From assembly GCA_001600815.1 (NCBI GenBank), contig BCKZ01000005.1, positions 681,727-745,726 on the forward strand: DNA of 64,000 nucleotides, in the 5' to 3' direction. The position numbers and the translations under genes are program-made. Below the pieces are notes generated by a model that made no database searches, was not told where the DNA came from, and saw only the letters and a program-made list of their open reading frames with translations. Every line of letters starts with the position of its first letter. The first letter of the stretch is position 1. Of this stretch, positions 14,286 to 25,877 are shown piece by piece. The stretch is from Alloascoidea hylecoeti (lineage: Eukaryota).

Positions 14286-14443
14286 TCAAAGTTAAAGCAA
14301 TATAAAGTCTCCGAAATGTCTCATTGCAGTCCACAAATAGATTTTTATTTATATAGGTTCTCTACCTTTTTTACATTTTCATCCTCTATTTCCTTCATTT
14401 CAGCATTTATCACAAAATAATATAAACCACTAGAAGTATTAAT

Positions 14444-15553
14444 ATGATAAAACTAATAGGTTTTCACACATCCACAATTTTATTAATATTGTTTAATGTG
14501 GTCAACGGTTTAAATATTCTCCTCACGAGTGAAGATAGTTGGGTATCATCAAATATAAGGCTTACGTATCAACAGCTTAAAGATGTTGGTCATAATGTTA
14601 TATTGGTTGCTCCAGCAAGAAGTTCTGTTCAAACTAAAGATTTTATTATCCCCTCATCACAATTTATGGAACATGAAGGAGAATTTGGATCTTTATCAAT
14701 TGGGGACCTAACAATAAATCATGACATAAAAGATGAAAATATTTGGTATACAGATACCTCAGTAGTTGGATCTGTTTTAATATCACTCGATTATTTAATA
14801 CCTGAAGTCTTTAAAAATATTACAATCGATTTGGTTGTTGTTGGACCAAAATCTGGTGCAACTGTTGGTCAATTTTCTCAAATTATATCACCGACTGTTC
14901 AAGCGATGAAAACTTCGATCATTAGAGGTATTCCATCTATTGCAATTTCAACTGCATCGAGAAAGAACTATTATTATAAAGATGTATCCACTTCAAGTGA
15001 TGGTTTCCAAAAATTCCCACCAAATCTTCATAGTCTAAAATTAATTGAGTTAATTGAAGCACTTTCAAAATTAAGAAAATCGGAGGATGAACCATTATTA
15101 CCAAAAGATATTGGGTTAAATGTGAATATACCACTGATTGGTAATTCATCAAGAGTTAATTGTATGGATCCAAAATTTATTATAACACGATCAAAAGGTG
15201 GTTATTCAGTCGATCCACATATTTTTTATAAAGAAGATAAATCAACATTTTATACCGAAGAAACTTTTTCAATTGAATTAGATGAATGTATTGGAATTTA
15301 TGAAAATACTTTAGATTCAGAACCATCATATTGTAAATATCCATCTGAAAGATCAATTGTTGATGAATGTTCAATTGCAATTACAACATTAAATATAAAT
15401 TCAGATTCTTCTTTTGATTTTTTAGATACAAGAAATGAATTAAAAGAACGTTTCATAAATTATGAAAAATTAAAGAATGAAATTACAAGGAATTATAACA
15501 TAAATTCAAATCATTTGAATGATAAAATTAAATTAGTGAATCAATGGAAATGA
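14444..15553 (+). CDS. Secreted SurE-family nucleotidase/acid-phosphatase-like protein with degenerate catalytic motifs
   Basis: Signal peptide followed by LNILLTSEDSW (family consensus NILLTNDDG), GHNVILVAPA, DLVVVGPKSG, GIPSIAIS and GLNVNIP. Confidence 0.8.
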   Translation: MIKLIGFHTSTILLILFNVVNGLNILLTSEDSWVSSNIRLTYQQLKDVGHNVILVAPARSSVQTKDFIIPSSQFMEHEGEFGSLSIGDLTINHDIKDENIWYTDTSVVGSVLISLDYLIPEVFKNITIDLVVVGPKSGATVGQFSQIISPTVQAMKTSIIRGIPSIAISTASRKNYYYKDVSTSSDGFQKFPPNLHSLKLIELIEALSKLRKSEDEPLLPKDIGLNVNIPLIGNSSRVNCMDPKFIITRSKGGYSVDPHIFYKEDKSTFYTEETFSIELDECIGIYENTLDSEPSYCKYPSERSIVDECSIAITTLNINSDSSFDFLDTRNELKERFINYEKLKNEITRNYNINSNHLNDKIKLVNQWK

Positions 15554-16228
15554 ATAGTACTTATATAATAATCGCGCCCTTTTTTTAATAAATTTATGTT
15601 TAATCGGTATATTCATAGTATATAATGGATTCGGACTCAATAATATTATAATTAGTATAATATAAAGAGGGTCCATTGCGCGCGTATAGATTTAGCTATT
15701 GATTTTATTAGTTAAGTAAGTATTTCTATTTTGAATTCAGATTTAGATCTTTGAATATATACTACATGTAGTCTACATTTTATACTATGTTTTGCCCTTG
15801 TGTTTCCACCCTATTTATGCAGCTAATTATTGTTTCCAAAAGGATTTTTAAAAATATTAATGTTAATTACACACCGGTATATCGTTAGAATATATACAGC
15901 TAATATTAATCAAAAAATTCCCACCTTTATTTATATTCCTCAAAAGCGGATAGCAAATTCCATTCAGAGCTGATGCTAAATATACGAGAGACCAATAACG
16001 AACAAGTACATTAATGGAAAGACGAAAATAACCCTGAAAAGAGAATGACATAGTATGTGAAAATAGTTGAAAGAAAATGGCTTTGCAACAAGAGATTGTC
16101 CGGGTGTTATGCTTAATAAGCGAGGCTTGGATGAATTAGTTAGGAGGCTTGTCCGGATAAAGTTTCCATTATATAATTGAGTTAATCCCCCATCTCTTTC
16201 TTAATCACATTATATTTATTAACAAAAA

Positions 16229-17488
16229 ATGACTGATAAGGAGGACTCCACCATTCCGGAGGAGAAGGTCCCTTTTATGAAGGATATTGAAAATGAGGCA
16301 GCTGCTGTAGCTGTCCAGCCAACAGAGGTTCCTACTACAACAAAAAAACGCAGATTTAGACATGCCATTACTATGGTATGGGTATTGATCACTTTATTTC
16401 TTTCTGTATCATATATAAATGGTAAGATTGCCAAAAATCATGACGACAAACTTCCAGAATTTAGTGCCGATCAGATTTTAGGTGAAGGATGGAAAGATTA
16501 TGAAGGAACTGTTAATGCTTTACCAATTGAACCGGTTGTACCTGTTACTGAACTCCCAGAAGAGTATCAAGAGGAACATCAATCATTAGATGTATCAACT
16601 CCTATTGAAACCGAAACCTTTGCCGCTGTTACAGCAATTCCAAAAGAGCATCGAAAAGAACATGACCAATCATCAGATGAAAAGGCAGATCATAAAGACG
16701 ATCTTCATCACAAAGGCAAAGGTAAAGGTCCTCATCACAAAGGAAAAGGTCCTGGAAAATCTTCAAGTGAACCAAAATTTGATCATAAAGATGATGATCA
16801 TCGTCCTCCTATGCATAAAGGTAAAGGTCCAGGTAGATTTCCAGATGAGTCGGAATTTGGTCATAAAGATGATGACCATCGTCCTCCTATGCCTAAGGGT
16901 CCTTTCCCACCTCCACCACCACCACCAGAGTTTGATCATGATGATGACCATCGTCCTCCTATNNNNNNNNNNCCTTTCCCACCACCACCACCACCACCAG
17001 AGTTTGAACATGATGATGACCATCGTCGTCCTATGCACAGAGGCCCAGGAAGGTTCCCAGATGAACCGGAATTTGATCATAAAGATGATGAACATCGTGA
17101 ACATCGTCCTATGCACAAAGGTAAAGGTCCCGGCCCCAAGAAACACCACGACCAAGATGATTCATTAGATGAGTTGAAGAATAAATTTGAAAGCATTAAG
17201 TCATGTTTAGAGAAGAAGGTTTCCGAAAAGGAGGAACTTCTTAAATCAATTGAAAAGATGGAAAATCCAACCGAAGAAGATTTGAAAGAATTTGAAAAAA
17301 AAGAAAATAAACTTGAAAAGAAAATCCATAAACTCTTTAGAAAGTTGTCAAAGGTTGAACATAAAATGAAACATTTCCTAGAAAATGAATCTCATAACAG
17401 AAAGCATATGGATGATAAGCATTCCAACAAAAAACATAGCTCTGGCTCTTTTTGGTCAAAGATCACAGAGCCTTTGTCTCTCTATTAG
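16229..17488 (+). CDS. Uncharacterised single-pass (type II) membrane protein with His/Asp/Pro-rich tandem repeats and a C-terminal coiled coil
   Basis: 419-aa ORF with an AAAAATG start context. KKRR precedes a hydrophobic segment, then repeats such as EFDHKDDDHRPPM. A 10-N gap at 16963-16972 lies inside the repeats. Confidence 0.8.
   Translation: MTDKEDSTIPEEKVPFMKDIENEAAAVAVQPTEVPTTTKKRRFRHAITMVWVLITLFLSVSYINGKIAKNHDDKLPEFSADQILGEGWKDYEGTVNALPIEPVVPVTELPEEYQEEHQSLDVSTPIETETFAAVTAIPKEHRKEHDQSSDEKADHKDDLHHKGKGKGPHHKGKGPGKSSSEPKFDHKDDDHRPPMHKGKGPGRFPDESEFGHKDDDHRPPMPKGPFPPPPPPPEFDHDDDHRPPXXXXPFPPPPPPPEFEHDDDHRRPMHRGPGRFPDEPEFDHKDDEHREHRPMHKGKGPGPKKHHDQDDSLDELKNKFESIKSCLEKKVSEKEELLKSIEKMENPTEEDLKEFEKKENKLEKKIHKLFRKLSKVEHKMKHFLENESHNRKHMDDKHSNKKHSSGSFWSKITEPLSLY
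16770..17135 (+). repeat. Coding minisatellite: about 5 copies of a TTTG-TCATAAAGATGATGA-CATCGTCCTCCTATG-type unit interleaved with (CCA)n
   Basis: Recurrent GATGATGACCATCGTCCTCCTATG and AAAGGTAAAGGTCC units visible in the sequence. Confidence 0.85.
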
Positions 17489-19486
17489 GCGATATCTTGT
17501 ATTTGATTTGTGATAATATAGATATATATATATATGGACAAATAGTGTGTTTTTGGATTGTTTTATGGGTATATTATTGGTTCTTAGGTAGCAATTTAAA
17601 TTGTTTTTCTTGTAATTAGATCTTATAATTATTATTTTATAATCTATGCTTACAGAATTTACTGTTATCAATTAATTGTATAATAGTATCTAAAGTTCAT
17701 CACTTTTTAGATTTTCTTTTCATCCAAAAATTTAGTATTTAAAATCAAACAATCTATCATGCTGAACCAAGATTGATGGAACTTAAAATTAAAAATTAAA
17801 AGTTAGCTGAATTCTTTTCTGCTGCTAGTTCCCTATTTTTACTTAAATAAATTTATTTGTACTAATAGTAGTGGGTCAAATAGCAAATATGTGTAACTAC
17901 GAACAATAAAATTCACTCTGAGGCGTTAATATTTATCCCTCAGCTTTGGAGATATCAAAGAGAACGGTGACCATTGATCTTATCACTAATCTTCCTTTAA
18001 TCTGATGAATTGTTTATTATTGTTGATGAATTTACTATAGCAGACAGTCAGGATGAAGGTGCATAAATTTTTTTCCGACACCCTATTTTGAAACTCACGC
18101 TCCAACTACCAACAAATCTAAATCATATTTCTAAGTACATTATCTGATAGTAAATAGACAAATAAAACTTATGATGCTTTTATTTTTTTATTTTGGTTTG
18201 CGTTGAGGAGAGACGTGACTTCCAAAGTTATGACCCTTTTCTTTCATTCGCATGGCATAATATGCAGAAAATATGCAGCATAATTACCCAATTAGGAAGT
18301 TAAACACCCTTACACCAGAACCAATCTTTGGCCTTGATAAAAGGCATTATGGTGTGTAAAGAATTGGACTCCATTTATCATATTTGATGGAACTGAGTTT
18401 TAAATATGCTTTCTAAACTTCTTAATTTTTTGAAGTTACCGGAATGATTACCAGCTGCTAATTTCAATGTTTTGTATAGTGTCATCTATTAAAGTAAATT
18501 GAGTTTCTCCTATAAATCTTGATTTTTTCTTATCATTAATTATGATGAATGATACAAAAATTCTTAACTTTAGTTATATCTTTAAGTAAGTTTAACATCT
18601 GAGAAAAGGCAAACAGACTTCATCAAGCTTACCTTCTCGATGAACTAGACTTAATATAAATAAGAAACTTGAATTATATCAATCTGAATTATTTTGTTTC
18701 CACTAACTTCATTACAAAACTGAACAAACAATCATTCACAAATCTGGATTTTATCTGCGCAGTATATCACTCATGTAAATTGTTGCGACCTATTTAGACA
18801 AAACAAAGAATAAATGGAAATGAGGTTGAAATTAACAGGTGGTTAATGGTATCTAAACTGAAGCAGAATTAACAAAATTTAGTGAAAGAAATTGTATCCC
18901 TTTTGTGAGACAACTATTATATTCAATCCCTAAATATAATTGAATAAGGTAAAGTAGAAAACCGAACAGTTTTAACTTCATTGATCACTTTACAATCGAT
19001 GATTTATATTAATTGACAGATAATCTGCTTTTTTTTCTCACTCCTATTACTAATTTTAATTTCTTTCCTTCTCCTTTTCAATAGATTTGAATTCTAATTC
19101 TGAATAATATTTATACTTATTGAGATCGTGGTAAGTATTCATAAAATTGATATTACTTTTGAATTTTTTATAATTAAAGATTAAACGTTAAATCCCAATC
19201 TCATGTAATAAATAACTGTTGTAGTTAAGTATGCAATAGGTCCAAACAGCAAACTTCGAATGGTGCTAATTATTATTCCAGGATCTCCTTATGTTTTGAG
19301 TATAGTCCAAAAGCTAAAGAGCCAGCAGAAATGGGTGTTCCTGAAAAGGCTATATCTCAATGCCATATCAATTGGAAAGATGTCGCTTATCAACTGGCAT
19401 CTAGTATCCCTACGATTATTTATCATGTATATCGTTTAGATTCTATTTATGTATAGTATATAGTATGCCTAATACCCATTCTTATT

Positions 19487-20730
19487 CTAGTTTCCATTGA
19501 TTTCTGCTAGCGCTTGTGTTAACTTCCTTAATAAAACATCATTTTCCTCTTTTGTTCCTACAGTAGCTCTAATACCACCACTACATCCAGGTTCGTTCCC
19601 TCTATATCTTATGACAACACCATCAACTTCAGCAAGTTTTGTATAAACTTTTTCAGCAGTAGAGGATGAAGGTTTTCCTTCTTTGTCAAGTATTTGGAAT
19701 AATAAGAAATTTGCATCCAATCCTCCAATTATTTTACCAATACCTTTAATTTTTGGAAGTTCATTCACTATCCTTTCTCTTTGTTGTATAATTTGTTTCG
19801 TATGTTTTCTCATTTTTTTGACACTTTCAGGTGATAAAGCTCTTTCAGCAATTAAAGAAGAAGGTGTTGAAATGTTATATGGAGCCTTCATGTTATTGAA
19901 TAATTGAGTAACTTCTACTGAACCATAAGAAATACCCAACCTAATAGCAGCAAGACCAAACGATTTTGATAATGTCTGTAAAACAACCAGATTTGGATAT
20001 TTATTCACATATGGTGCCATTGAACTACCAACTGGTGAAAAATCAATATACGCTTCATCAACAACAACAATACCATTCCACGTTGGATGATTTAAAATTG
20101 TTTCAATATCTTTGATATTAAGTAAACCGGCCGTTGGATTTCCGGGAGAGCAAAAATAAGCAACTTTAATTGATGAGTCTTCTATTAATGCCTTCGAAAC
20201 TTCTTTTGGTCTTAATGGGAAACCTTGAGCTTCCAAATCCAAATTAACTTTAACAATTTCAACATCATTAATTTTTGCAGAAACTGAATACATTCCATAA
20301 GTAGGGGGACAGGTCAATAATTTATCCTTTCCTGGAACACAAAAACATCTTATTAAAGCATCGATACATTCATCTGATCCAACACCTAAGAATAAATTTT
20401 CTGGTATCAAATTACTGATACTAGCATCTGCCTTATCTGCATTTCTTAAATCGCAAATCAATTGCTTTACATGACGTTGATGGGGATCGGGATACCTATG
20501 AAGTTCAGCATCAATTTCATCCTGTTCAATAGAAGCTAATGATGGACCATGAGCATTCTCATTGGCATCAAGTAGAATTCCTTCTTTATAGTCACTTTAA
20601 ATAGTTAGCTATTGGTACAAATTATCATATAATTATTTCAAATAGTCTATATTTACTCTCTAGCACATCTATAAGGAACCAATTCCAAGATGTTTGGTCT
20701 GGCCAAGGTTCTCAAGTTAAAAGCTCCCAT
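19487..20730 (-). CDS. HIS5: Histidinol-phosphate aminotransferase. Intron 20595-20656.
   Basis: Spliced N-terminus MGAFNLRTLARPNILELVPYRCARD|DYKEGILLDANEN. Contains GVGSDECID, CSPGNPT, VDEAYIDF and the PLP-lysine motif TLSKSFGLAAIRLG. Confidence 0.97.
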
Positions 20731-20788
20731 AATTATATCTTAATAAAGTGAATAATTCTAACCTTTTATAGAAGAAAACGAAACATTA

Positions 20789-20848
20789 TGACTCTTATAT
20801 GTCAAATCCCCAAGATGTACGGATGTTTACCTGTGTTACCCTGACTCA
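20789..20848. promoter_or_regulatory. Gcn4-type sites in the HIS5/NUP159 divergent promoter
   Basis: TGACTC at 20789 and TGACTCA at 20842, upstream of an amino-acid biosynthesis gene. Confidence 0.7.
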
Positions 20849-20921
20849 TTGAAAAGCCATCATATATTTCAATTCTATTCCACTTCTATCAAACTATAGG
20901 AGATCGTGTCTGTTTCTAAAA

Positions 20922-23900
20922 ATGTCCACCATCGATGATCTCAAAACATTGGAGACTGATGATTATGGATTTAAGGCTCTTGGATCTGCGATTCAACTAT
21001 TAGAAGTCTATGATGAACTTCCCCACAAATCTTTACGTTTGTTTGCTATATCGAACTTCAATGGAGTCTTCTTTGCCGTAGGAAAAGAAGGTATGTTAAT
21101 TATATAAATATGGATAAGGAGTTATAATACTAATATATCAATTTTTTAGGTTTACTTATCGGAAAGCTAGAATCTTTAAGAAATGCTTTAATTAATTCCG
21201 AAGCAAAAGTTACGGGAACTATCACAATCCCATCTCCTGGTGAAGCAGCAATTACTTTAATTGAACTGTCTTCTGATGAAACCAGACTATATGTGGCTAT
21301 ATCTTCTACGATCTACAGTTATGCAATAAAAGATATATTAGATGGATCTAATAATCCAACATCTTTCACACTTCCAGACTCTATCTTAGATATTCAATCA
21401 AACCCACAAAATGGTGATACTTTAGGTGTTGTGTTAAATAACCATTCTTTATTATTACTAGACTCATCAGATGGTTCTACCACTACACTCTTTAAATCTG
21501 GAGTATTGTGTTTATCTTGGTCACCAAAGGATAAACAATTAATTGTTGGTAATACAGAAGGAAATATAGTTCAATTGAAACCAAATGGTGATGTAGCTGC
21601 AACGATAACACCTCCTGAAGGATTGAAATCAAATGATCTACCCTTACAATTACTCTGGATCTCAGTAGATGAGATATTTACAACTTATGGCTCTACATTA
21701 GAAGATGAAAATCATGAATATAGAACATTTTTAATTATTAGAGATGAAACAACAAAAAATTGTACTTTTAATGAAACATTGGATATCTGTCCACCATTTG
21801 GTGTTAGGGAACGAGTTGGATGTTTTTATTCCTCAGTTTTAAATAATTGGAGTCCCCAATATCCAAAAATGATAATTTCTGCATCTGCCCCTTCATCAGA
21901 TATATCACTATACACACCAAATCAATTTTTCGATCTTACGCTTGAAACTGCAAAAGCATCATTACCTTTATTTGATGAACAGATCGAAACATCACCTCTT
22001 GGTTTAGCCATTGATATTTCTTCAACAGAAAATGCGATTGAGCCATGCTTGGGGGTAAATAGTTATGATCCATTACCAATTATTTGGGCATTAAATGATA
22101 AAGGTAGTATTTCAGGCTGGTATTTATTTTCAATTCATGAAATTAAATCCAAAAAAGTATCATTAAATCCATTGGTTGATGAACTGAATTCAAAAATCGA
22201 AGAATCCAGAAAAAATTCAAATTTTAATTCTGATGTGGTATCGAAACCAACACTGAAATTAGGATCACCAATAAATCAATCTCCATTATTATCATCGAAG
22301 GATGGAGATGAAAACAAGCAAGGTACATTTGGCTTTGGATCTTTTTCTGCTCAGTTACCATCCGATAAAAATGATTCTAAATTAAATGGTATCTCTAAGA
22401 AACCTTCTGGGATAGAGACCACTGAGAATAAACCTACTTTTGGGCAATCAACCTTTGGAAAGACTTCGGCGTTTGGACAAAATTCAGCTTTTGGACAGAC
22501 TTCAGCTTTCGGACAGACTTCAGCTTTTGGACAAACTTCAACCTTTGGACAGTCATCTTTTGGGAAATTGGCTTCAGCCTCTGGTCAGACTCCTACTTTT
22601 GGACAGGGTTTTGGACTTAGTTCATCTCAAGCTACACAAGGACAAAAATCATTACATTTAAATCCTTCTAATCCAACTTTCGGAAAAACTGCATTCAATT
22701 CATCACCTTTTGGCCAAAGCCCAAATAATCCACAAAGTAATAATAGTGTATCTCTATCATCAAATCATGTTTTTGGATCTGGAACAGGCTCAGGCTCAGG
22801 TTCCGGGTTGAGTGGGCTTCTTGAACGATCAAGAGGACCATCGTTTTTAGATGCTGCAACTACAAATGATAAAGATGATAAAAAGAATTCTTTTCCAACA
22901 AATTTTAAATCTGGACCTTTTCCAAAATTTGGTGAATTAATCAAAAAAGAAAATAATGTTACAAATGGAAAATTTAAAACTGGTCTTTTCTCACCTATTA
23001 ATGCAAATGATGATGCTGATGATTCAAATCCATTTAAATTCAAAATTCCTAGTAATCAGTTACATGATGATGATGATGTCTCAACGGACCAAAATTCATC
23101 TGATAATGAAGATGAGAGTGATGGCGTTGAAGAACTTTATGAAGGAAATCAATCAAAAACACTTCCAGCTTTTAAATTTAGTAAAACTTCACCATCATTA
23201 TCAAAACCAACCTCGTCAAATATTAATGATTATGATACCGAAGATGATCTATCAGATCCAAACTTAATTGGAAGTATAAATTTAAATAATAACCAAGGAG
23301 ATGAAGGGGCTGAGTTATCAGGAGTACTAGAAGAAACTGAAGAAGAAGAAGAAGACGAAGGTTATGCATACTCAGAAAATGCAGCATCATCAGAATTTGG
23401 TGTTGCTACTGAAGCAAGTAAATCTAATGAAAGTGTAGTATTTTATAATGAGGGAAAAAATTCACATCATGTGGATAATGATAATAGTGAAGATTATGAA
23501 GATTTGGAATCATTTAAAGGTTTTGATAAAGACACTTCTGGGCCTCCTCAAGTTAAGTTTGACCCCGAATCAGATGAAGAGTTTAAGATTACCCCAGAAT
23601 CTGGTGGTTCCTCTAAAGAAAATGAACTATTGGATGAAGTTCGTTTAGATAATGGAAAAGATGGGACTAATAAAAATGGGATTAAGGAGGAATCTGAGAA
23701 AGATTCCGAAAAAGGGAAGGATATAATTAAAAAAGAATCAAATGAGAAGGAACCCTTAGTCTCTAAAGATATCAAAAAAGAAACTGTACCAACAAAACCT
23801 CCAGTTGAAGTTCATGATAATCAAATTCAAACTACGGATGCCAATCACGAAGCTTCGATTCAAACAATCGATGCTGGTATTGAATTTGGAATGCAATCGT

Positions 23901-24790
23901 TTGAAGGAGAAGAAGTATATTTTGGATCATTTTTCATACCTCCATCACCTCCAACGTTTTGTCAATTGGGCAATATTGATTATCCTCCTCTTTCTCGAGA
24001 TCCAATTGTTAAAGAAATCGAAAAATTGATATATGGTGCGGATGCTGAATTTCAAATTGTTGATGAAAATGTTAAAAGGTTTACCGAATATATAGCAGGA
24101 CATAATGAAAAGGAACCAATCCATAATGAAAAAACATTAATGGCACTTGAACAATGGAGATTATCGGATGGATTAATTATATCTGGATTTCTTGATGATT
24201 TAAAAGAAGAATTGAGCAAAAATCATAAAGTTTTAAAAGTTCAAGATTCTTGGGTTGATAATATTAAAAGAGATTTTGAGGGAAATGAAAAGAAATTTCC
24301 ACAAGTTTATACGTTACTTGAAAGAAAAGCATATTCCAAAACTCATACACAGTTAGGAATAAAAACAAGACAATTACCACTTCAAGCAATACAGTTAAGA
24401 AAAAATATAAGATCTAATAAAGCAACAGTTGATGAAGAATTAAAACAAGTTGAATCAGAATTTGTTAAAATAAAATCAAGAATTGCAATTGAATCATCAA
24501 ATTCTCCACCATTAAAAGTTGTTCAAGATTCAATTGTTAAAGTTGCAAGAAGTGCCAGATTAAGATATAATAAAGTAGAAATATTGACAAAAGAAGTCGA
24601 TGAATTGATTAGATCAATGGAAGGAAAATTGACGTTATCATCTTCACCAGCTCGTGTTTCTGATCAACCCCCAGAGAATGATAGAGACCGTGCTTTAGCA
24701 AAAATCGCGGTTAAAGATCTTGATCAACGGTTAAGAGCTAGACATCGGTTAGCGAGCAGACTTCGACACCGAAATGGGTCTTTAGTTTAG
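20922..24790 (+). CDS. NUP159: FG nucleoporin Nup159/Nup214. Intron 21091-21149.
   Basis: N-terminal beta-propeller, SAFGQ/PTFGQ repeats, an acidic region, QT dynein-light-chain-type motifs (QIQTT, SIQTI) and a C-terminal coiled coil. Adjacent to HIS5, as in S. cerevisiae. Confidence 0.9.
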
Positions 24791-24866
24791 CCAACGAGTA
24801 GTTAAGTAAAGAATATCTGAATGTCATATAACTTTTATTCAATATGTATTTAAATATATTCATGTA

Positions 24867-25776
24867 TTATACTTTGTATTCCATACCATATCGGCGTAAT
24901 TTTAAAAAATGGGGGTCACCTTCTTTTTCAATAACCATATCACCTTTAAGTAACAATCTTACCAAAGGGGTGTCAGGATCACCAACATCAACATAACGAT
25001 CCTCATTACCTGTCATTGCATTTAATAAATTTTCCATTATTGAGAAGTTTTTCTTCTTTTCTTCACCGTGTTTACCACCTCCATAGCCATCAAAAATTTT
25101 AGTTTGAATGATACCAATCAATTCTTTTAAATACTTAATCTGTTGGGTAGAATTCTCCGTTAATTCTTTGTTTTTTTGGTCGATTACTTCAGTAATCTTC
25201 TCCAATGAATAAATCTCTTTGTCGGTAATTTCAGCGATACGATCATCTAATAAAGAATTAATAGTTTTCAATTCATCACTTAAATTTTTTTCAAATTCTA
25301 TTGATTTATCCATTTCATCATTATAATCTAGAAGTTCTTTTAATGCTCTTAAAGAGCTTTCTTTTTGTTCAAATAACATTGAAGCAGCTACTGATACTCC
25401 TAAAACCTGGTCTCTATCTAGATTGCTTGTAAGACGCGAAGATGATAATGCCAAACCAGTAGCACGGCACTTTAAGCTATCGAATTTATCCCCTTCTTCC
25501 AACAACTATAAATAATATGTTAATACAATGCTTCTTTTAAGTAGAAGTATAAAAACATACAGCTTCTGCTTTTTCATCCAAAGAAGCATCTAAAATATTA
25601 ATAAAATCTGCTATTTTGGTGTTTTGTTCTTCCAGCCGCGTTAAATAGGCACTGTCTGTTGGAGCCCGCGAATTGGCATCAGTAGCCTCTGGAATCGATT
25701 TCCAAGAAGAATCCCCGGCATCCAGGAAATATTTTAATCGTGATGATAACTCTTTTTCTGACATTTTTGTGTACAT
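24867..25776 (-). CDS. MCM22: Inner kinetochore CENP-K/Mcm22/Sim4 homologue. Intron 25506-25560; start at 25776 or 25764.
   Basis: Coiled coil followed by MENLLN..YVDV..LVRLLLKGDMVIEKEGDPHFLKLRRYG, resembling the CENP-K C-terminus. The GTATGT...TAG intron joins the two ORFs in frame. Neighbour of TTI2, as in S. cerevisiae. Confidence 0.7.
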
Positions 25777-25877
25777 TTTTTGTATTTTGTGTTTGTCTTC
25801 GTGTTTGTTCTGCACGTGTGATATATTTCACCATCGAAAATATCAAAAACATATATTTTATTAATTAAAGAGACAAA

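Noticed and set aside
16590..17168. Overlapping 192-aa (+) and 130-aa (-) ORFs
   Set aside because: Shadow frames of the repeat region of the His/Pro-rich gene.
17918..17987. Three small adjacent hairpins suggesting a structured RNA
   Set aside because: Stems are only 4-6 bp, with no snRNA, snoRNA or tRNA motifs; compatible with chance.
22437..22612. 18-bp tandem repeats resembling an array
   Set aside because: They encode the SAFGQT FG repeats of Nup159. No unique spacers, so not CRISPR.
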